A DNA stretch of 50,559 nt, from contig CAZQLX010000001.1 in assembly GCA_964594495.1 (NCBI GenBank), forward strand, positions 1-50,559, written 5' to 3'. The translations under genes and the position numbers were made by a program. Under the pieces are notes generated by a model. It was not told the DNA's origin and did not search any database. It worked only from the letters and a program-made list of their open reading frames with translations. Numbering within the stretch: position 1 is the stretch's first letter; the number at the start of each line of letters is the position of its first letter. Shown here piece by piece: positions 20,268 to 27,800 of this stretch. Origin of the DNA: Candidatus Woesearchaeota archaeon. Its GTDB lineage: Archaea; Nanobdellota; Nanobdellia; Pacearchaeales; GW2011-AR1.

Positions 20268-21419
20268 ATGAAAAAGAGATTTAATATTGCAAGTATAGCT
20301 CATAAGAGATTATGGAGTTTACTTGAATTTGTAGGAAATAAGGAAACTGATATTGATGGTTATTTGTTAAAGAAAATTCATGCTCCAAAGCTTGATCCTA
20401 TAAAAAAGAAAAAATTGAGCTATCCAGAGAGTTTATTCCCTATGCAAAATGCTCCGCTTGAATGGTGGTATTTTACTGGGCATCTTAGGGGAAAGAGAGA
20501 AGAAAAGTACGGGTTTGAATTTTGCATTTTTAAATTACATCCTGAAATAATAAGATTAGGGTTTTTACCATTATATTTACTCAAAAAAGCTCCATTTCTA
20601 ATTTCACATATAGCTATAACTGATAAAAGCAAAAATATTTTTACTACAAAGCAAGATAGTGGACTTGTGCATAATAATAAAATAAATTATGATAGATTAG
20701 AATTGGGTATAAATAGGTCTTTTTTGAAATTAGATAAAGATTTTAAGATTAAAAATGAACTTATGGACTTGAAGTTAAAACCAGTAAAAAAATGGATAAA
20801 ACATTTTGATGAAGGTTTTCAACTTACGCATAAACATCCAGAGACGAGATCATATTATACAAGTTTTACTCGATTAAACGTCAATGGTAAAATAAAAATA
20901 AATAATAAAAGTCAAAATGTTTCTGGAGAGGCTTGGTTTGATCATCAAAAATGCAACATGATCAAAAAGAGTACTCTCATTGGATGGGATTGGTTTAGTT
21001 TAATGTTTAATGATGGAACAGAGTTAATGTTTTATGAAGTTAAAGACAAAAAAGGTTTTGATCATGCGAGATTGGGTGGAACCTATATTGATAAAGACTC
21101 TAAAAAAGTAGATATTAAACCTAAAGAAATTAGTATAAAGGTACTTGATCATTGGAGAAGTTCTAAAACTGGAATTGTTTATCCCTCTGAGTGGAATATA
21201 CAAATTAAAAAATTAAATCTTAACTTGGGGGTTGTTCCTTATGTAAAAAATCAAGAAATTGACTCTCTTTTCAACACTGGGACTACATATTGGGAGGGAG
21301 CAGCAAAAGTAACGGGAATAAAAAAGAATAAAAAAGTTGAGGGCGAAGGATATGTTGAACTTGTTGGATATGATCATAGATTAGTACAGAAGATACTAAG
21401 AGAAACCGTTGTTGAATAA
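20268..21419 (+). CDS. CrtC/AttH-like lipocalin-domain hydratase family protein
   Basis: It has 'LEWWYFTGHL', 'FEFCIF' and 'EAWFDHQ', characteristic of the hydroxyneurosporene synthase/AttH family. Confidence 0.65.
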   Translation: MKKRFNIASIAHKRLWSLLEFVGNKETDIDGYLLKKIHAPKLDPIKKKKLSYPESLFPMQNAPLEWWYFTGHLRGKREEKYGFEFCIFKLHPEIIRLGFLPLYLLKKAPFLISHIAITDKSKNIFTTKQDSGLVHNNKINYDRLELGINRSFLKLDKDFKIKNELMDLKLKPVKKWIKHFDEGFQLTHKHPETRSYYTSFTRLNVNGKIKINNKSQNVSGEAWFDHQKCNMIKKSTLIGWDWFSLMFNDGTELMFYEVKDKKGFDHARLGGTYIDKDSKKVDIKPKEISIKVLDHWRSSKTGIVYPSEWNIQIKKLNLNLGVVPYVKNQEIDSLFNTGTTYWEGAAKVTGIKKNKKVEGEGYVELVGYDHRLVQKILRETVVE

Positions 21420-21453
21420 TAAGGCTTATAATACCTAAATTATTTATGTATAT

Positions 21454-21921
21454 ATGAAAAAGAGTGTACATATAACGAGAGTGTATTTAGGAGCAGATCA
21501 TGCTGGATTTAAATTTAAAGAGAAAATAAAAGATCTCCTTAAGAAAAAAGGATTAGAAGTCCAGGATTTATCTCCAAAACTTATTGAAGGAGACGATTAT
21601 CCTACACACGCTTTTGCTGTGGCTGAAAGAGTAGCGAAACATCGAGGAAGCAGAGGAATTCTTGTTTGTGGAACTGGAACGGGGATGATAATTGCTGCCA
21701 ATAAAGTAAAAGGAATAAGGGCAGCTGAAGCCTATGATGAGTATTCTGCAAAGATGGCGAGGAATGATAATGATACTAACATTCTTGGATTAAGAGCAAG
21801 AAAATTTCCATTTAATAAATTAAAGAAAGTCATTGAGGTATGGCTTAACACACCTTTTAGTCGGGAAAAGAGACACGACAGAAGAATAAGAAAAATAATT
21901 ATTTACGAACATAGAAAATGA
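21454..21921 (+). CDS. rpiB: Ribose-5-phosphate isomerase B (RpiB/LacAB family)
   Basis: It has 'LGADHAGFKFKEKI' and 'GILVCGTGTGM'. Confidence 0.85.
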   Translation: MKKSVHITRVYLGADHAGFKFKEKIKDLLKKKGLEVQDLSPKLIEGDDYPTHAFAVAERVAKHRGSRGILVCGTGTGMIIAANKVKGIRAAEAYDEYSAKMARNDNDTNILGLRARKFPFNKLKKVIEVWLNTPFSREKRHDRRIRKIIIYEHRK

Positions 21922-22556
21922 AAATAATTCCAACGGTTTTTGCTAAAAATAAAAAAGAATTTAATAAAAGATTTAGAAAGGTATTGAGTGTTTCTAAGGA
22001 AATACAAATAGATTTCATGGATGGAAAGTTTGTAAAAGCAAAATCGATAAGAATTAAAGAAATTCCTAACTTAAACAAATATGTAAATATATTTGAGGCA
22101 CATTTAATGTGCTCCAATCCAGAAAAATACATAATGGAATTAAAGAAAAAAGGATTTGAGAAGATATTATTTCATTATGAGGCGTATAAAGATTCTGAAA
22201 AAGTAAAGTTTTTAGCACACTACATGAGGGTTCATCACATCATCCCTGGTGTGGTTTTCAATCAAACAACAGATTTTGAAAAGATAAAAGAAATATCTCA
22301 TTTTGTGCATTTAATTGTGTTTATGGGGCATACTCCTGGAGTTGAACATAAGCCCTTAAGTAGTGAAGTCGTACAAAAAATAAGAAAGTTGCATAATTGG
22401 AATAAAAACATTCAAATTCAAGTTGATGGTGGAGTTAATGAAAAGACAATTAAAAAACTAAAAGATATTGGAGTTGATATTGTGAATGTTGGTAGTTTTA
22501 TTGCGGATTCTAACGATCCTAAGAAAGAATACGGAAAATTAAAAAAATTAGTTTAA
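21918..22556 (+). CDS. rpe: Ribulose-phosphate 3-epimerase family protein (divergent)
   Basis: It has 'IDFMDGKFV', 'EAHLM', 'FHYEA', 'VFMGHTPGV' and 'VDGGVN', plus an ATGA overlap with rpiB. Confidence 0.7.
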   Translation: MKIIPTVFAKNKKEFNKRFRKVLSVSKEIQIDFMDGKFVKAKSIRIKEIPNLNKYVNIFEAHLMCSNPEKYIMELKKKGFEKILFHYEAYKDSEKVKFLAHYMRVHHIIPGVVFNQTTDFEKIKEISHFVHLIVFMGHTPGVEHKPLSSEVVQKIRKLHNWNKNIQIQVDGGVNEKTIKKLKDIGVDIVNVGSFIADSNDPKKEYGKLKKLV

Positions 22557-22595
22557 AAGATAAAAGTTTAAATAATAACCTCTCTATGGAAGGGT

Positions 22596-23084
22596 ATGGA
22601 AAAAGGGGCATATGAATCTGCAAGAGCTGAGTTAAATAAAGGGGATAGTTTTATTCGAGAGGCTATGAAAGCTAAAACAGAACGTGACCAAATGGTTTAT
22701 TTGGGAGACGCAAACTCACATTATCATTTAGCCGCGGTAAACGCTAAAAGGTTGCCTCCAGAAGTAAAGGATAGTATACATAAAAGGGCTGCTGAAGGAT
22801 TTACCAGAGCTTATGATCAATTATCTCGTAAGGGGGCGTCAGATCAAACTTTAGAATACGCTAAATATCATAAAGAACATTATGAAAGAAGAGCAGCTGA
22901 AAGCGGTATAGAACATAGAGCTGAAGTGGCTGCTGCAATTATCGCCCTAGTTTTAGGGATTGCGTTTATATCAACTAGTATGACGGGGGCGGTTGTTGGA
23001 GCAACTGAAAACATAACGTTCGGAGCTATTACATTTATTATTGTCATTATTGCTGCTGTTTTGTTAATGAGAAGAAAACGTTAA
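22596..23084 (+). CDS. Hypothetical protein with helical N-domain and two C-terminal TM helices
   Basis: The call rests on the ORF and hydrophobic C-terminal segments ending in 'MRRKR'. Confidence 0.5.
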   Translation: MEKGAYESARAELNKGDSFIREAMKAKTERDQMVYLGDANSHYHLAAVNAKRLPPEVKDSIHKRAAEGFTRAYDQLSRKGASDQTLEYAKYHKEHYERRAAESGIEHRAEVAAAIIALVLGIAFISTSMTGAVVGATENITFGAITFIIVIIAAVLLMRRKR

Positions 23085-24280
23085 TTTTTATTTAAAGCTT
23101 CAATTCCGGGAAGCTTTTCTCCTGCAATATATGCTAATAAAGCTCCACCAGAGAAAGAGACGTGAGAGAAACTATTGAGAACTTTATATTTATTGGCAGT
23201 TGCCGTTAAATGTCCTCCCCCTAGAATGCTGAATATTTTATTTTGCTTGGTTAGTTTAGATATTTCTTTTAGTATTTCTATAGTTGCGTAACTGAAATCT
23301 TTGATTTCAGAGTATCCGAGAGGTCCTTTCATGAAGATAGTATCGCAGTCAGAAAGATGAATCTTAAAGATATCGACAGTTTCATGACCGATGTCCCATA
23401 TTTTATCTTTTACAGGAAAAGTTTCAAGAGGGATCTCTTTTCTCTTTGCTTTATTAACATTTGATGAACCAATTGCAAAGTCAACTGGGAGAATTATTTG
23501 ATCTTTATATTTATTATAGAGCGATTTTAGTTTTGGTAGAAGTGATAAGTAACCTTGATTTTTCGCCCAAGTGTTTTCATAACCTAAATTATGGCCTTGA
23601 GAAATGAGAAAAAGATTGGCTAAGACTCCGGATGCAAGAATTTTATTGTTTTTATTTTTTAAAACTTTAAATAACGGTAAATAATCTTCAACTTTTGATC
23701 CTCCAAGAATAAAAACCGTTGAGGACTTGTTAAGATTTAATTTATTTAGTGCTGTGAGTTCTTTTTCCATTGCTCTTCCAATACAACTTGGAAGATGTTT
23801 TGGAGGAATAACAATACTGCCTTGGTTTCTATGGGAGGTAGCGAATGCATCATTTACATAAAAATCAAACAGTTTGCAAAATGAATGATATCGATTATTT
23901 TTACTCTTTACATTAATTTCGTCTTTATACTCTCTAACATTTCTCAATAATATTACATTGCCTGATTTAAGTAAAGTAATTGCATCATGAGCTATGTCTC
24001 CAAAAAAACAATCTATGTATCTTACCTTTTTACCTAGATGTTTAGATAATAATTTTGCGTGCTGTTGTAAAGGAAAGAAATCTTTACCGCCTTTACGACC
24101 TTGATGAGTAATAATAACAATTTTTGCTTTCTTTTTTAGTAATTCTTTTATTGTTATAATTGCATTTTCAAAACGGGGATTGTCTAAAACTTTGTTTTTT
24201 ACAATTGGGGAATCTAAATCGCATCTAAGTAAAACTCTCTTATTATTAAAATTGAAATGCGACATGTTTTTTATGACCAT
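23081..24280 (-). CDS. pgk: Phosphoglycerate kinase (archaeal type)
   Basis: It has 'VLLRCDLDSP', 'IITHQGRKG', 'NDAFATSHR' and 'GGGHL'. Confidence 0.85.
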   Translation of the reverse strand: MVIKNMSHFNFNNKRVLLRCDLDSPIVKNKVLDNPRFENAIITIKELLKKKAKIVIITHQGRKGGKDFFPLQQHAKLLSKHLGKKVRYIDCFFGDIAHDAITLLKSGNVILLRNVREYKDEINVKSKNNRYHSFCKLFDFYVNDAFATSHRNQGSIVIPPKHLPSCIGRAMEKELTALNKLNLNKSSTVFILGGSKVEDYLPLFKVLKNKNNKILASGVLANLFLISQGHNLGYENTWAKNQGYLSLLPKLKSLYNKYKDQIILPVDFAIGSSNVNKAKRKEIPLETFPVKDKIWDIGHETVDIFKIHLSDCDTIFMKGPLGYSEIKDFSYATIEILKEISKLTKQNKIFSILGGGHLTATANKYKVLNSFSHVSFSGGALLAYIAGEKLPGIEALNKN

Positions 24281-24281
24281 G

Positions 24282-25280
24282 TTATTTCTTTGCTTTTGAA
24301 AGAATTAATTTAGCTACATCAAAAAGACGATTAGAATAACCCCATTCATTATCATACCATCCGGCAATTGAAATTAAATCGCCATTAACTGATGTAAGCT
24401 GAGAATCTATTATACATGAATTGGGATTGTGAATTATATCTGAAGAGACAAGAGGCTCTTCACTGTATTGTAAAATTCCTGTCATTTCATTTGCTTTTTT
24501 CTTTAAAATTGTGTTTACTTCTTTTTGTGAGGTTTTTTTCTCAACTTGCGCAATAACTGAAGAAATAGATCCATCAATAACGGGGACACGTAGAGCGTAA
24601 CCGTCTAGTTTACCTTTTAATTCAGGAATTGCTTCTACAACGGATTGCGATGCGCCAGAATAAAAAGGAATAATATTTATGGCTGCAGCTCTCCCTCTTC
24701 TAAGATCGTGCTTATCATGCTTGTCAACTAGACCTTGAACTGATGTGTAGGCGTGAGTTGTAACAAAATATGCAGATTTTATTTTAAATAGATCATTAAG
24801 AATCTTAACCATTGGAGCTACACAATTGGTTGTGCAGCTTCCCATGGAGATAATTGAATGAAAATCTTTCAAAGATTTTTCGTTAACACCTAAAACAATC
24901 GTAATATCATGATCTTTTGCTGGAGCAGAAATAAGAACTTTCTTTGCTCCTGCATGTATATGCTTTTTAGCTCCGTCTCTCGATGTAAAAAATCCGGAAC
25001 ATTCAACAACGAGATCTATTTTCTCTGCTTTCCAAGGTAATTTTTCAGGGTCTGTTTCAGTGTAAACACGAATTTTTTTATTACCGAAAATAAGATTTTT
25101 CAAATCACGCGAAATTTCTATATTTGGACTTTGATGGACAGAATCATATTTTAAAGAGTAAACTACTGCATCGATTCCTGCTGGTTCGTTAATTACTAAA
25201 TTCCATTCAACATTTTTCTCCATACAGGCTAGAAAAAATTGTTTAGCTGTTCTTCCGAAACCATTTATTGCGACTTTCAT
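24282..25280 (-). CDS. gap: Glyceraldehyde-3-phosphate dehydrogenase, class I (bacterial/eukaryal type)
   Basis: It has 'INGFGR', the active site 'GSCTTNCVAP' and 'WYDNEWGYSNR'. Confidence 0.9.
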   Translation of the reverse strand: MKVAINGFGRTAKQFFLACMEKNVEWNLVINEPAGIDAVVYSLKYDSVHQSPNIEISRDLKNLIFGNKKIRVYTETDPEKLPWKAEKIDLVVECSGFFTSRDGAKKHIHAGAKKVLISAPAKDHDITIVLGVNEKSLKDFHSIISMGSCTTNCVAPMVKILNDLFKIKSAYFVTTHAYTSVQGLVDKHDKHDLRRGRAAAINIIPFYSGASQSVVEAIPELKGKLDGYALRVPVIDGSISSVIAQVEKKTSQKEVNTILKKKANEMTGILQYSEEPLVSSDIIHNPNSCIIDSQLTSVNGDLISIAGWYDNEWGYSNRLFDVAKLILSKAKK

Positions 25281-25373
25281 TTCCCCTCTGTATGTGCGAA
25301 AGTAATTATCGCGAATATTTAAAGATAGTGTCGAGATAATTACAAAATTAGTTAAAAGTTCGTTTAAATAAGT

Positions 25374-26285
25374 TTAGAGGTGCCTCGGTAGATTATTTTT
25401 AGCTCCTATATGAGTTAAAACTGAAGAAGCTTCTTTACAGCCATAATCAAGGGCATTCTCTATTCCTTTACCAGACATTATCCCATAAACGAATCCTGAG
25501 GCAAATGCATCTCCTGCCCCCGTATTATCTTTTGGAATTATTTTTTTTACGGATTTCTTGTAAATAGTGCCGTTGTGGTAAGCATAAATTGGTCTGTAAG
25601 AATCTGTAATTACTATAACTCCTTTACTTACCTTAGAGATTTTTAAGACGATTTCTTCAATTTCTTTTTTACCTGTAAGAAATGAGGCCTCTTCTTTATT
25701 TAAGATTAGGATGTCTGCATTTTTAATGCAATCTTTTAGTTTGTTTAGACCTTGCCTGGCCAAATATTCACTTAAATTGAAGGCTACTTTTATTCCGTGT
25801 TGTTTAGCAAAATTAAATAAATTAGGCAGAGAATCAAGACTTTTTCCTAGAAGCGTGGAAACATATAACCATTTTGTATGTAAAAGGCTTAGATGAAGAT
25901 TACTGCTTATTAGTTCATTGTTGACACCTTTGTAGGATAGAATGACTCGATCGTATGGGCCGGGAAGAACGATTGAGTATCCAGTTTTACCATTTTTTAT
26001 CTTTCCTAAAAAATCTACCCCTTCTTTATATAATTCTTGTAAAATTAGCTCGCCATTTGCATCTGAACCGACAATTCCTAGAAATCCGGTTTTTAATCCT
26101 AATCTGGAAAAAGCAACCGCGGTGTTTGTTCCTCCGCCTCCCGTCGTAAAAACAAGGTCATCAACAAGCATTTTTGATCCTAGATGATAAAGAATATCTT
26201 GATGATCTTTATGATTTTTAACTTCCTCTTTTACATTTACAAATACATCGACGGTTGCGCTTCCCAGTGTTATTATATCATACAT
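25374..26285 (-). CDS. PfkB-family carbohydrate/nucleoside kinase
   Basis: It has 'GGGGTNTA' and the C-terminal 'DNTGAGDAFASGF' PfkB signature. Confidence 0.85.
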   Translation of the reverse strand: MYDIITLGSATVDVFVNVKEEVKNHKDHQDILYHLGSKMLVDDLVFTTGGGGTNTAVAFSRLGLKTGFLGIVGSDANGELILQELYKEGVDFLGKIKNGKTGYSIVLPGPYDRVILSYKGVNNELISSNLHLSLLHTKWLYVSTLLGKSLDSLPNLFNFAKQHGIKVAFNLSEYLARQGLNKLKDCIKNADILILNKEEASFLTGKKEIEEIVLKISKVSKGVIVITDSYRPIYAYHNGTIYKKSVKKIIPKDNTGAGDAFASGFVYGIMSGKGIENALDYGCKEASSVLTHIGAKNNLPRHL

Positions 26286-26879
26286 TTTAATCTCTTTTAT
26301 TTGAATTAATATTAAACTGAATAAATAAACCTTGCTAGTCTGCTCTCGGTGTGTAATTTGAGGAAAAATTTTTCAATTTTAGTTGACTTATCTTTTCCTT
26401 TTTAACTGTATTAATTTTCTTTACTACTTCTTTTCTTAATTTGAAAGTATTTTCCCATTTTGCATAAGCTTGCTAACCTTCATAACTTTCCATCATTTCT
26501 CTATAAGATACCTCTCCTTTGTCAAAATTAACAATTTGCTTAAACATTTTTTTAACATTTCTTTTTCTTAATAATTTGTATTTATAGAAATTTCTAAAAC
26601 CAAGAAAATCTATTCCTTGAGATAAAGGAATAACTTTTGATTTATCTTTGTGCAACTCGATGCACAGATTTTTCTTAAGAAAATTATTTATTTCATATTG
26701 CCAAATAATTAATTGCTCTTTTGACTTATGTAAAATCACGAAATCATCCACATATCTAATATAATATTTTGCTTTGAGACCATGTTTAACAAAATAATCC
26801 AGCTCATTAAGATAAATATTAGCAAAAAACTGTGAAGTTAAATTACCAAGAGGCATGCCTTTGTGGCATGCGGAAGTTA

Positions 26880-26895
26880 CTCTCTCTCTCTCTCT
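26880..26895 (-). repeat. (AG)8 dinucleotide tract (CT8 on the plus strand) at the second RT frameshift
   Basis: Read directly from the sequence. The frame change between RT pieces 2 and 3 maps to this tract. Confidence 0.9.
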
Positions 26896-27328
26896 TCATT
26901 TTGAAGTTCGTATTAATGGTATTCTTTAATATTTTTTCTATTAAAAAGATCACATCTCTATCGATTATTGTTTTTTTAATTATGCTTGATAAGATATTGT
27001 GGTTAATTTCCTCAAAATAGTGCTTAATATCTGCTTTGAGACAATAACCCGTAATATAATTGCAATCTCTAAATGTATTTTTAGCAACTAGACCATTATT
27101 TGAAACTTTCCTCTTAAAATAATCGAATCTTTGTAAAGCAAATAAACCCCCCTTCCCTTTTCTGTTAGCGCATGAATCATATATAAATTTTCTATCGAAA
27201 AGAGATTCTATGATATTACAAAGAGCATGATGAACAATGCGATCTCTAAAATCAGACTTAGATATCTTACGTGTTTTTGGGTCTCTTAGAATAAAATTCT
27301 TAAGAAATTTTGGATTATAGGTTTTATA

Positions 27329-27368
27329 TTTAAGTTCATAATGTAAAGTTTAAGTTCATAATGTAAAG
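27329..27368 (-). repeat. Perfect 20-bp tandem duplication (2 x TTTAAGTTCATAATGTAAAG, plus strand) inside the RT
   Basis: Positions 27329-27348 are identical to 27349-27368. Each copy encodes 'LHYELK', in two different frames. Confidence 0.95.
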
Positions 27369-27532
27369 CCATTAAATTATAAAAGATATTATTTTCAAAT
27401 TCAATAACATAACTCTTTTTGGTCTTTCCTTTTCTTGCTTTTTTCCAAGCTAATATTAAATTCTCAAAAGAAATGACTTTTTTGTATAAGTTGTTATATG
27501 CAATCATTATAAAAGTCCTAGCCAGTGCTGAG

Positions 27533-27622
27533 CCATTCGACCATTACTGTTGGAATCGTCTAACCTGTTGTTCCAATTGGCGTTCCAGTTGCCGTTCCTG
27601 TTACGGTACAGCCTGAGAAAGC
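27533..27622 (-). repeat. DGR template repeat (TR), non-coding, about 90 nt (boundaries +/- a few nt)
   Basis: It aligns with 27944-28039. It is rich in AAC/AAT codons (9 Asn codons in the VR frame) and ends 25 nt upstream of the RT ATG. Confidence 0.85.
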
Positions 27623-27800
27623 TTATTTAGCCAATTAATCAAGATATCACTGTTGTTTCATATTTCAGTTCGGTTTCTCAAAAACCTCATAATTTACTTA
27701 ATGTTACAACTGTATTTTATAACTCTTAAGAGAGCCGTAATTAAATGACATGTGGCCCAGCCATTAAATGGCTAGGAAAAATAACAAGAGACAATCATTT

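Larger units (their letters stand above)
26473..27507 (-). pseudogene. DGR-type reverse transcriptase, interrupted by two frameshifts and possibly a premature TAG
   Basis: There are three collinear pieces. Piece 1 is 27507->27286, 'MIAYNNLYKKVISFENLILAWKKARKGK'. Piece 2 is an ATG-less open frame 27349->26843, absent from the ORF track, carrying 'RDRIVHHAL', 'SCANRKGKG' and 'LKADIKHYFEEINH'. Piece 3 is 26856->26473, 'MPLGNLTSQFFANIYLNELD' and 'YYIRYVDDFVIL'. Removing one 20-bp repeat copy and adding one AG unit gives one 338-aa ORF. Confidence 0.85.

Noticed and set aside
26832-27020. Whether the plus-strand 62-aa ORF inside the RT locus is a real gene.
   Set aside because: It is antisense to the RT motif 3/4 region and spans the (CT)8 tract, so it is a shadow frame.
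27286-27368. Whether programmed ribosomal frameshifting could explain the split RT.
   Set aside because: The first break coincides exactly with a perfect 20-bp tandem duplication, and the second with a dinucleotide repeat. These are mutational or slippage signatures. I saw no slippery heptamer with a downstream structure, and two compensating programmed shifts would be unprecedented.
26473-27507. Whether the RT fragments could belong to a group II intron or retron instead of a DGR.
   Set aside because: Motif 4 reads 'LGNLTSQ', the DGR-type I/LGxxxSQ, not the group II 'QGxxxSP'. I saw no maturase X or endonuclease domain and no intron RNA domain V/VI-like structure. An adenine-mismatched TR/VR pair lies immediately upstream.
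27419-27616. Whether the plus-strand 65-aa ORF between RT and target could be an Avd accessory protein.
   Set aside because: It is antisense to the RT start and to the TR itself. It is Cys/Trp/Ser-rich ('CWNRLTCCSNWRSSCRSCYGTA') as a mirror of the AAC-rich TR, and it is too short and non-helical for the Avd four-helix bundle.
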